DNA of 64,000 nt, from assembly GCA_012295275.1 (NCBI GenBank), contig CM022668.1:1364001-1428000 (forward strand), written 5' to 3'. The stretch is from Chrysomallon squamiferum (taxonomy: Eukaryota; Animalia; Mollusca). Under the pieces are notes generated by a model, which saw nothing but the letters and a program-made list of their open reading frames with translations, was not told the origin of the DNA and made no database searches. This document shows, piece after piece, positions 41,601 to 59,261 of the stretch (positions are counted from its first letter, which is position 1; each line of letters opens with the position of its first letter). Both the position numbers and the translations under genes were made by a program.

Positions 41601-43220
41601 AAATGTTACTGTCATCATTATGCAGACATCAAGTTCAGTACTTAGAATCTATTAAGTCTTTTGTAGCTGAGAAATATGATTTAATAAAATACATTTAACT
41701 AAATTGTTATCATAATATTTAGGTTAATATTCCAGTTGATATGTGTTATTATTGTTATTTTGTTTTGCATAATACAAAATTGGTTAATATTCCAGTTGAT
41801 ATGTGTTATTATTGTTATTTTGTTTTGCATAATACAAAATTGGTTAATATTCAAGAGTTTTTTAAAGGTAACTGTAATGTAATTGTAGGTTATTAAGTAT
41901 TAAGGAGTGGATTGACAAAAATGATCCAGGTGCCCAGGTGATTCTGTTCAGTGGTGCTCTTGAATTGAAGCTTGCTGACATGTCAGATGAGGAGAAAGCT
42001 GCTTATCTTAAAGAAATAAATTCTCAGAGGTAAACCATGGAACTATAATCTGAAAAGTTATAAAATATATAATTTATTAAATTTATTTATGTATGAAAAA
42101 TATTTTTAAAAAAATGATAAAATACGTACTTTATTATATTAATTTATTTATGTATGAAAAATATTTATTAAAAATTAAAAATACATGATTTGTTATATTA
42201 TGATATGACACATTTTATTTTAGTGATAATAATTTGTTACAACAAGATAATTTTCTAGTAGATGTTTGAATCTGACTTGTATTATCTGTTGTTTGAAATG
42301 AAATATTTTGATGGTAGAAGTTTATTTTTTATTTTTAGTGCATTGGAAAAGATAATTGTCAATGGTTACAAGGCTCTGAATTTAATATACTTTTTCACAA
42401 CTGGAAAAGATGAAGTCAAAGCTTGGACAATAATGGTAATATTAACAAATTCAAAACAATTTTCTGCATAAATTTTATTATTGAATTCGTGATAATAATG
42501 AAAATATAAAAACAGTTTAGAATTGTATTAAATAGGTCTTGGATTGTTTGTTTTATTTATTTTTAGCTGGAATATTTACATGGAAGATTGGAAGTAATAA
42601 ACAATAATGATTAGTATTGTAGAAAGAAGAAAATTAACTAACCATAACATTTCATATAAATAGTGAGTTTTGTTAAATTGTTGCAGAGGAAAACTTCTAA
42701 TTAGTGTTTGCAATTTTAATTAACTGTATGTTTAACAGAAAGGAATGAAAGCTCCACAGGCTGCAGGAAAAATTCACACTGATTTTGAAAAAGGTTTTAT
42801 TATGGCTGAAGTTATGTCATATGCAGACTTTGAAGAATATGGTACTGAGGCAGCTTGCAAAGTAATTATCTGTAATTCTTCATGAAAGGATGATTTTTTA
42901 TTGAACTTTTAATTTTTTTAATTTGTAATTGATTGATTTTTTAATTTTTATTAGCTGTTTTTAAATAATTCTGGCATTGTACAGTTAGATAATTTACACC
43001 TGTAAGTTTACAAATAATTCAGAATATCTATAGATCTTACTCATTTCCTTATCTCTTTTGTTTCTCAAATTTTTATATTTTATTTTATTTTTTATATTCA
43101 TTAATTTTGCAGGCAGCAGGCAAATACAAACAGAAAGGTCGTGACTATGTAGTAGAGGACGGCGATATTATTCTTTTCAAGTTCAATGCTGGTGCTGGAT
43201 TGTCTGGAAAAAAGAAATGA
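38679..43220 (+). CDS. OLA1: Obg-like ATPase 1 (YchF family)
   Basis: 13 exons, approximately 38679-38779, 38918-39000, 39669-39729, 40029-40157, 40879-41053, 41246-41323, 41501-41598, 41890-42029, 42339-42435, 42739-42861, 43113-43220 for those I could delimit (11 listed). Motifs [81 protein letters not shown]. Confidence 0.97.
41722..41852. repeat. Exact 60-bp tandem duplication (2.2 copies) in an OLA1 intron
   Basis: ggttaatattccagttgatatgtg...caaaatt at 41722 and 41782, partial copy at 41842. Confidence 0.9.
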
Positions 43221-45848
43221 AAAGGCCTTTTTTAATAAAAACCAAAATGTTGTTTTTTTTTCAAACTTTTATCTCTGCTGAATATTTTTCATTATCAATT
43301 ATTTCCTGCCAGATTATGAACATATGTAGAAGAATAATGAAACTTTTTTAACACAACTCTGTTGGGTAGTATGAACAATAGCCAAAACATATTGATGTAA
43401 GTTTTTAAACAAACTGAAGATGTAGCCCTATAAAAATGAGAAAATTAAAATAGCCCCGTCAAGTTCAACATAGTAAATTTGCAGTGAATTTTCTCATTAT
43501 GTCACATGTATTTATTTCATTTTATTGTTATTATATTTTGTTTGTTAATATTGTCTGCTGAATGATACTGTACTGGTAATTCTATTATTATATTTCATTT
43601 TTAGTAATGTTTAATGCCAAATGATTACATAATCCCATGAAATATATCTGTATATTAATCATACCATAAAAATGCATAAGAAAAATAATCTCTGCTTGGC
43701 AACTCATTCCAGTTTAAAAAATAATAAAATAAAACACCAAGAAATATCTTTCAGAACTTATCCAAAGGCTTGTACTTAAGAGAGTAAGAAAACAAAACAA
43801 ATTAAGAAATGTAATTATTAAATAAAGAGAACTTTAATAGTTAACACCACAAAGTAAGTTACAAATTAAAATAAATCTGTGATTAAAAGATATGTAATTT
43901 ATAGCTTGTAAGTGATTGTATGCTGATGCTATGTCATTTAGTGTTATTTTGTTTCTTTTAGTGAAACTAAAGTACATTTTTTAGAAATTTTGTTGTTCAG
44001 TGTCTTATTTTCTTCTTTTTTTGATTTATTAGCTTTATTTATATTTTCCTTCAAATCTCTTAGATGTTAAAATAACAATATACAAATAATAATAAAATAA
44101 TTAAAAATATATATATATATATTTTTAAAAATGGAGAAAAACAAAAACATTTTGTTTAATACTAATAAGAAGATTTAGGTTTTGAGGTTTTAGATAATCA
44201 GTCTTGCTAGTAAATAAATAAAACAAATATGTATTGTATTCATTTTATCAGATTACAAAAGCTTTTCAATTTCACAGTTAAATTGCAGTTAATTACTCAA
44301 AACATATACCAGAAGTGTTCTTATTTCTAATTTCTTTTCTAGGGTAATCAGTCCTGATAAATTTCCATCATGAATCATGCACCTTGCATATTCTATTTCT
44401 GAACCCACAAAAGCTGCCATTTTTAACCTTTTTTAAGTTTAGGTGATAATTATAAAAGCTTCCAAACGATAATTAGTATTTTATTAAGGGACTTATTTCA
44501 TAATTTGTTTTTATGGGGGGGGAAGTGATCTAGAAATGTGTTGTATTACATTGATTATTCAATAGATCTTTATGGTTTTAAATGATAAATATTTCTAACT
44601 CAAGTTTTACATTGAAATAATGTAAATGAAAAAAATAAATAAATAAATGAAAAACAATCCAAAAACCAACATAATAAACATTTTTACACTGATATTTTTG
44701 TTCTCTGTTTTCTTAAGCATGCTATTCAGACATTTTATTTACTAATTGTCAGAAAATGTAACTTTGTAACTTCTTCCAGGTAAGATTAGTAAAATGTGTT
44801 AGAAAATGAAAACTGAAACAGAACGAATCAGGTAATGTTTAATATAACATTTCCTTACAACTCTTTACAAATGAAAGAAACCAACAAAATACAAGAATAG
44901 TGGGATATTGTTGTTAATATCATTCAGATAAATATTCTAAAGATTTACTTTATTATACATTATGCCTTAAAATCCCATATTCAATATGTGGTGGAAAAAC
45001 GAAAACTAGCTCATGGTTTTGGGAAACTTTAATTGAAAATAAATGTATAAAGCAATTCAAATAAAAAAAAAAATAAAAAAAATAAAGATACAAAGAAAAA
45101 AATAAATATAAAACTAACTAAATGAAAAATACAGTTAATCTGTGTCAAATATAGTGAGTACAGATTAATTACTAATGGTATAAATCCCGTTGACGCTCGA
45201 TGTCGCGGACTATCAGGGGGAAGTACTGGTCCGGGAAATGCAAATGTCTGGTCATTAACCCGAAAATTTACTGTTAACTACAGAATAATGTAAACAGATG
45301 TCATACAAAATATATAAAGTAACGTACAGTACAGATATGTAGGTAAGTTTGGGTGATGTTTTGTCAGGTTGGAATGGTTATTTGTGCAGTTGTAAAATTT
45401 TCTCTTACGTTGATGGGAAATGGCTTGAGAAAGGATTGCGTGATCGCATAGTGAGAACTCAAAATAAATTAATAGTACCTAGAGGTAAGATTTAAAGTGG
45501 GAAATGGCGTTAAGTTTAAATATATTTTTCAAAATTTGGTCCGTGAAATCGAGGGTCAGTATAAATGAGTAAATATGTATTTAAAATGGTAAAAGATTAA
45601 AATCACGTAAAATGTGTGCGATACTATATTTAGACTACAGATATATTTTAAAAACGCATTCTAAAAATATATATGCGTTGAAACATTATTTATTTATTTA
45701 TTTTTAAAGAAGAAAAATATGCATAATTTAAATTCCTGCAGCTTTGAGTTTGCTGTACTGCAATATAAATCCTGATGTGATTTGGCTATCCTATCAGTAT
45801 CACCACTCTTTAAATATCTCTTCTTTTTTACTTTTTTTTTCTTTTACA

Positions 45849-45903
<55 letters not shown>

Positions 45904-46319
45904 GTCAGATAAAGTACTAGGAACACTTTAAAACAAATGCACTTAGGGACGCAGCTTCTACATTGATCTACACGTGCAAATGCGTGCATGCATTTCTTCC
46001 GCCTTGGCGATTTTAACACGAATAGAACGATGAGTCATTAACCGTTATCATGGGCGTTACTTGTATGGGAACTGATTAATGTATCGTATGGTTATAAAAG
46101 AGAGACTTGTTTAAGTTAACTTTTTAACTTTAATTATTTATTTTGTAATTTAATAATTTGTTTACGTGCTTACTCACAATATAAGCTATTTAACCAATTT
46201 TACCATTATTTGATACAATGTCATTGTCTTCCATTGTCACAAATTAATACGTAACTGTTTTCAACCCTGGATGGACAGAAACCTACAGTAAAATTAGTAT
46301 TTCATTGTTACCACAACTG

Positions 46320-46533
46320 ACCGCCCCTGCTACCTAAAACTATTCAACATCGTTACAGTGTTTTGCAGTATTAAAAGACACGCCCACGACTCCCTCCCAT
46401 CCGAAACAACGAGGTAAGAGACCGGGTCAGACAGTGCTCGTCTGTTCTGAGGTGGGCGGTAATCAATACATTAATCCCAGTATGGCTATTTTTAACTTAG
46501 TTCAGGTCACGCTTCCCAGCCTACAGTGGGAGG
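46320..46533. promoter_or_regulatory. Cluster of GC/GT-box-like sites upstream of the Sp gene
   Basis: ccgcccc 46321, acgcccac 46380, ctccctccc 46390, ggtgggcgg 46451, gtgggagg 46526, in otherwise very AT-rich DNA. Confidence 0.45.
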
Positions 46534-46785
46534 CATTAATGTTTCGGAGGATACCGGAACTATTTTCTTTTGAATACTATTACGACTCGTGATAGGAATA
46601 GAGAATGTAAAAAAACAACTACATACAGGGGTTCAGATTATAATCGCACGTAAGCTTACGACACAGAGAAACGAGTGTCTATGATTTTTACATACATAAT
46701 CAAAATAAATGTAATAATTTCTAGAAATTTATTTATTTATTAAAACTCAACATGATTCTTTAATAATTAATTAATTAATTAATTA

Positions 46786-46832
<47 letters not shown>

Positions 46833-48084
46833 GCTTAGAATAAGCATTTGGAATAGAAACTAATTACTTATAATAATAATAATCGATATGTGAATTTCTA
46901 AGTAGATAATAATAATAATAATCAAACTATTGATACAAGTAATTCAAATATAAGTAAAAATTTCGTTTGAGACAAACACCTTAATTTTATTGGGAACAAA
47001 ATAAATAAAATAAAATACAATTTGAATATAACTTGCTTAGCACTCATATTTATCTACCAGATTGGCATTGTAAAATTCTGAGATGTCTTATAACAAATAA
47101 AACAATAAATAAAATGATATAAACATCAGCGGCACGTGCAGAAACCATACGAGACACTTAATGAATATAATATTTCATAATGTTTGTCTGCGACACTATT
47201 TTATTATCTGTAGGTAGAACGATTTGAACCGATGAACTTGTGCTAGGAATTTATTTTAAAAACTTGAAGAAAATACTTTCATTATCAAAGCATTTATATT
47301 TGCATCTTCTACGATGTCACGTCATGGTAAAAATGTCGGTGAATGATCTTTAAAAACTGTTTTTATATTTGTATATATAGTGTAAAAGTCGTCTAATATA
47401 ACTATCAAACCAATTTTATCACTTTCTCGAAATATTTTACATTATTTTTATAATTTATACCAAAAAATAATTATAATTTTTTTTATTTTCTTTAAAAGAA
47501 TATGTTAAATACAACTTTTTTCTTACTACTTAAGACTAAAAAAAATAAATATATTACTAAATTAAGATTCCATAATTTAATCATTAAATTATTATTTTGT
47601 TAGTATTTAGAAAAAATACTACACTATTTCAATCTTATTAAAATTTGATTTAACATCAACTATAATAAAAAATTTGACAATTAGTACAAGTTTTTAAATA
47701 TCGGGTTTTTACATTCATTGGCGCTGGGACGGCTTTCTTTGATCTTTTAGATAACCGAATGAGCTGAAGCTGTCAATCAAAAATGGGGTCAGGGCACTTA
47801 TCCCTATTTACATACAAATCAGAACGCTCAAATAAATAGTTCGTAATTAATTACAATATACATTTATTTAAATTGCCAATAAGAGGGGGAAAATATTTTA
47901 TATAATAAGTGTACAGTAAATATAACAACATATACTATAGATAAATAATATAAAATAAGTTTGGTCAAAATGTTTCAATATCGACGCAAGAGGTGTAACA
48001 GCATTGTTAACGTTCCAGCAAAATTCATACGCATGCTGACGCCAGATATACTGTAGCAGATTTCGATTAAAGAAATGAAGTAAA

Positions 48085-53332
<5,248 letters not shown>

Positions 53333-54883
53333 AGGTCAAAGGTCACACATCACTCAGACAAATTAAGTGAGAAAATGCATCATGCACTTACTTGAGAGAT
53401 CTCTTGTTGACATACTACAGTGATGTCACGTGTTAGTTTTAGCAGACAGAAAAATCAGAGTGCCAAATTAATTAAGATGATTCTTTTTTAAACAGAATGA
53501 AAATTTTTTACAAATTGTTTGTGGTTAGGAAGATGAAGAGTTTGGTTTGAGGGTAAAGGTTAAGAAAGCCTGGGTTCTCAGACTGAGTAGTAATTAGTGA
53601 AATACTAAAGTGCTACCTTGTGAAATGTAGTGCAGATGTAGATTAGAAAGAACTGACATAACAGACTGGAAATGGCTATCAGTGAAAAAAACAATGCAGT
53701 TACAAATCATGTTGAATGAAAATTAGAACAATTAAGAAATGTTTATTTTTCATAACTTACATGTACAATTTGGTTTTAATTATTTATTTTTTCATTTATA
53801 AATATACAGTTTAAGATGTTTTGTATGTCATTAACATGTCTCACAAACTAACTGTTCAGATAAATATATTTTTACTAACTTTCTTCCCATTTACAATAAC
53901 ACTGATCTAATGTTTAATGAAATGCTACTATGGTCTTTTTCAAAACAAACTAAAATATCATGTTGATGAGAAACAGTTTTCAGCAAACATCAGTGATTAT
54001 ATAAACTAATATGCTGTACAATGGTAGATTATTGAGGCACTCTTTGGGGGAGTAAATGTGACATTTCATTTCTAATCTCAACGTGTCTGAAATCCGAATT
54101 AATTAACTGTACTGTTGTAGGGATAACTCGTTGTCAGAGGAGTTAAGTAATGACACACTGTATATCATTATTTTAAAAACTATTTATATCGTAAAATATA
54201 ACCACGTCAAAATGATACATTAAAAATTACATTCCTCACTGACTTGTCATTATTTTTTTAGTTTATTACGGAAAAAACAATGACAAATGTGTCACGCACA
54301 CCCATTATACTTGAACGGTTGCTTGGCTGTTATAAAAAAAATAAAAATTACATACTGTCATACAAAACAAAGAAAGGATAATCATTTTATAAATATAAAA
54401 ATATATAATAATTAATTATTCCTGTTCTAAAATGCAGTGTTTCGGCCAAATATCTAAGGTTTTCGAAATTTAAATTCAAATAGATTTGGTATATGTGCTT
54501 TAAATAAAAACTTACATAGACTGTATTGTTTCATAACCACATTAAGAAAACCCCCAAAATCCAAAACGATGTAATAAATAATAAATAAATTGCTTTCAGT
54601 TGCTAAGTTACTTGCAAATGATTTTTTAAAGATACTTCAAAGCCATCTGAATAAAGCACGGACAATTTTAATACTGAAATAAACATATCTGTGTACTAAC
54701 GAATCGCGAACGATTCCCCAATCAAAATATATTTTAAAAAATGGTTTTATGCATATGTTTATATCGTTAGATAGAATTACTTAGCTAAGAAATAATTAGA
54801 CTTTTATTTCGTTTATTAAAATGTTCTACATACATAATATATATACATATATAAATACACATACGTAGTTACATGCATAGATA

Positions 54884-56120
54884 CATGGCCGTAACTAGAC
54901 TCTTTCTGAAATGAGGCAAAAACTCTTAGTCGCTGATAAACCTGTTTGATGTCTGATGTCTTTGAAGTCAGTTACGTCTTTCATCGCAACGACTTCAAAC
55001 GGTAACCGTAGATGTAAACGAATTCATTCACTGGATATCGTTTCTATCGGAATAGAGATTTTTAAAATAAAATCTTTGTATTTAAAAAAAAAAAAAAAAA
55101 AAAAAAGTTTCGGTATAAGGCATATGCATGTACAATTATTGTATTCAACACATGTAAAATAAACTAGTAAGAGCAAAACATTTGATCAGTTAGCTATGTA
55201 AATATTTTACAATATTTATAATTAAAGAGATATGTACATAGATATATATAGTATGTATTTATACGTGTTAATAATTATGTTTTGTATGTACATAATAATT
55301 AATTTCACAGAACATGACTTTTATCTGAAATTAGGTAAGTAATTTTATTATAACATCTGTCAGAGAAAGAAATTATTAATATATAAAAAGTATTACAAAA
55401 ATCCCACGGACAAAGCACAAACAAACATACACACTGTGTCTTTATTAGATCCACTCATTTAGAAAGTGCTGAACGCGCGATTTGTCCCAACATTTCATTT
55501 ATTTCTGTTGCATCATTTCGTCTCGGATTCCGCTGGCTGGGGCGGATCCAGCTTTTCCGATGAGGGGTGTCAGTGACATTATGAAAAGGCACTACTGAAA
55601 AATTACACACATGACCATAATATAATAGTGCTACAACGGGGATGCTGGCAGACGTATTCTACAGTGTTCTATCTTTAAAAAAAAATATATATATATATAA
55701 AAATATACCACCTAAATAAATTAGTAAAAATCCTAAATAAAAGGAGCACTTCTCAAACTGAGAAGTGGGTAATGGCAGCCGGATTTCTTCTCGGATGTGT
55801 GGTGAGGACGGACGCAGGCAAGTACGCGCGCACTCACTGATGTGTCCGTGGCATTTGAGGCTGATGTAAAAAATGTATCTATAGTTGTCCTGATTTTTCT
55901 CGTTTTCTGGCAATCTGCTTGTTCCACTTTTCTTTCTTTCTTTGAAACCTTTTCTCTTTCCGCTGTTTGTTTATAACAGTTAAATGTTACTGTTTGTCGT
56001 GTTGTTGTTTCTGCTGTTGTTGATGTCACGTGTGTTTGTGAGGTTGACTAAAAACGTTTATCTGAAGATTTTTTAATTTTGATATTCTCCGTCTTCTGCT
56101 TTTTGTTTCTTTGAAATGTT
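54884..56120 (-). mobile_element. Probable DNA-transposon relics (hAT-like ends and a decayed transposase N-terminus)
   Basis: TIR-like strings catggccgtaactag (54884) and ggggcggatccag (55539). Minus ORF 55733-56029 has a K/E-rich segment followed by RTTIDTFF, reminiscent of hAT transposase N-termini. No catalytic domain and no paired TIR/TSD found. Confidence 0.35.
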
Positions 56121-56704
56121 TAAATACAATATATATTTACATACAGTGGATTGTGAACATTTCAAAATCCGTCCAGCTATCGTTAATCTATTATGAACAA
56201 AACCATGTCTAATGCGGATGCTGTCTAGGTCGGATTTCCGCTGTAAAGTTCAGAGTAAAAGCAACAAATTGTATAGTAATTAGTTTTGTCAACATCGACA
56301 CACAGTTTTGCAACAATGATCACTTGTTAAACAATAGCGGTAGTTTAGAAGTAATTAGGCTACACCGTGAGCTGAAATGATCGCATTTCTTTGAAGATTT
56401 AATAAACACTGATGCCATACGTCTTGAAATTACTACATGTAGATAAATGAACGAGATTATTATTAGTGTGTGGTGATACCTAAGTGAATTATCTCCTTTA
56501 GATTTAGTGTCAAAAGAACATCCAAAACAATGGCAACGTATCAAATTAATAGAAGTGTTTTCATCAAAGCCACTCTAAACAGAAAGATTTAGCCACGCAG
56601 GTTCACGCTACGCTAGGGTAGTTTGAGAAATGAGGGCGAAGTGAGGTTTTGTAAGTCCACTTGACCGTTGGACAAAATGTATTGATACTTTTATCTTCCA
56701 AGTG

Positions 56705-56763
<59 letters not shown>

Positions 56764-56834
56764 CGAAATAAACATGACTTAGACTTTGCCGTGTATTAAA
56801 AGTAAGGCGAGTGATTCGCGTGACCTTGGAAATG

Positions 56835-57337
56835 CAGTTTAAATATGAAGACTGTACGAGACAGTTTAAATATGAAGACTGTACGTGACATTTAAATATG
56901 AAGACTACGAGACAGTTTAAATATGAAGACTGTATGTGACAGTTTAAATATGAAGACTACGTGACAGTTTAAATATGAAGACTACGTGACAGTTTAAATA
57001 TGAAGGTGTACGTGACAGTTTAAATATGAACACTACGTGACTGTTTAAATATTAAGACTGTACGTGACAGTTTAAATATGAAGACTACGTGACAGTTTAA
57101 ATATGAAGACTGTACGTGACAATTTAAATATGAAGACTACGTGACAGTTTAAATATGAAGACTGTACGTGACAGTTTAAATATGAAGACTGTAAATGACA
57201 GTTTAAATATGAAGGCTGTACGTGACAGTTTAAATATGAACACTACGTGACAGTTTAAATATGAAGACTACGTGACAGTTTAAATATGAAGACTGTAAGT
57301 GACAGTTTAAATATGAAGACTACGTGACAGTTTAAAA
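56835..57337. repeat. Minisatellite with mixed 27-bp and 25-bp units, about 19-20 copies
   Basis: gacagtttaaatatgaagactgtacgt and gacagtttaaatatgaagactacgt head-to-tail with no spacers. Confidence 0.97.
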
Positions 57338-59261
57338 CTGTTTCTCAGCTGACACTCAAACATTTAATATTTGTAATAAAATAAATTCCAATTCCATGTC
57401 ATTTTGATCTTTATAAGCGGGCACTCTAATACGGCATATCTATCTATTTTTCTCGTTTGTGTATAACTGTAATTAAATAAAAAAAAAATATTTTTTATTT
57501 ATTTTTAAAAACATATATTTATTTCTCTATGTCATATTTCTGTTAAAAGAATTATATTTATTTATTAATTAATATAAACTTTGTAAGATATATGTGTATA
57601 CATACATACTGACAGATTGATGATTTGTTCACTCACATAAAATAGATGGCAAAATTTTGAACTTCATAACGTGCGTGCACGCATCTAAAATGTTAGAAAA
57701 CTTTACGGAGAATACTTTCTCTCTGTCCGCATCTAGACTAAGGAAGGTGTGGACCTCACTATGACAAATGTATATTGTTCCTCCGCAACTGGTGAAAAAT
57801 AGATACGAATTTATTGTAACTATATATATATATGCGCACACACATATATATATTATGATAGGTAGCAGTTTATTTAATTTAAATAACTGACGTCAGCAGT
57901 GTCGGTAAACAGCAACAACGACACAATATTGATTTAGAAAGGACTTTGAAACCTGAAATATTAAACTTTATGCAAATTTCTGTGAAAATGTGGATTCATG
58001 CTGGTTGTTACAAAATCGACCATTACTTAATCGCTATACGTTGTACAGCAGTTAAGTAAATAATCTGTAAATATGTCGATTGTTTAGGATTATATTCTGA
58101 TGTCAGAAAGATGATATTATTTAGTAACTGAAATTATTTTTCTGAACAGAATGGGGTCAATCTCCCACATATCAAAGTGTTGTACAGATAAATAAATAAA
58201 AATTTAAAAAAACAACAACTGCTGAAATCTACTAAGAAAATGAAACTATGTTATATGGCTAGTGGATGTATCAGGCACTTTGATATAGGAACAGTTTGAA
58301 GGAATGTGATGTGTGTGGTATTTGGCAAACATCTCTCGGAAACCTTTGGGGACATTTTACATAAGTTGTACACTTCAGGATTATTAATTTCGTTCTATTT
58401 TTTTTTGTTGTTGTTAAAATTTTGTATTTACTGTTTTTATTAGTTTCCTGTTATTCGGCATTTCTCAAATTCTTCATGGTCATGTTATGGAACCCATATA
58501 GACCAGGTGAAAAAAAAATGCAGTAACTGAAGATCTAAAAGTTTTCAAAAAACTAATAAAAGCAAATAAACACTAAAATTATTTTAACTGTTATGAATAT
58601 CCAGCTTCCATTATTAAAACAGAAGTCTGGAAAAGTGAAAGGAAGCAGAAACAAATTAAACTTTTAAAATTTAATTTTTATATTTTTATGTTTTTATGTC
58701 TTGTTTATTTTATGTAGGTGTTCTCAGAAAGACAGTAACAAGATACAGTGGGAATGGAATTTGGAGTTTTTAAATCATGAATCTATAAATTCTGATTGTG
58801 AATGGTTTATTTATCTGAAACTGGGTACGGAACCAGTAAGTTTTAAGAACTAGGAGTAAGATAAGGTTCCGGAAGTTAATGTTTGAAATGAGCGGGCATA
58901 GAGGATCCAAGCCCATCTGTGAGATTTATTTTTTATCTGAAAATGCAGTAGTTTATTGGAAGCATATCATAAAGAAAATAGTGAATTAACTATAATCTAC
59001 TCTAATTGAGATCTCTCGTGATAATTTCTAATTCAACAGATCATGTAAAATCCAGCCTAAATACTGCAGTTACAGTGAGGCGAATGTACGAAGGATCTTA
59101 CTTTTAGTGTTTATTGTATGACGTCATATATACGTCACTTAGAAACGATTGTTTGCAATTGTAATTGTAAATGCTACGTAAAGTTATTTACTTGGAGGTT
59201 CAGTATCTCTGTATTTTCTTGTTTTTGTTTTTATTGGGGAGTATTTATATAAAATAAGTAT

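Noticed and set aside
56835-57337. CRISPR-like array of 25-27-bp repeats
   Set aside because: Units are contiguous with no unique spacers, there are no cas genes, and the context is eukaryotic.
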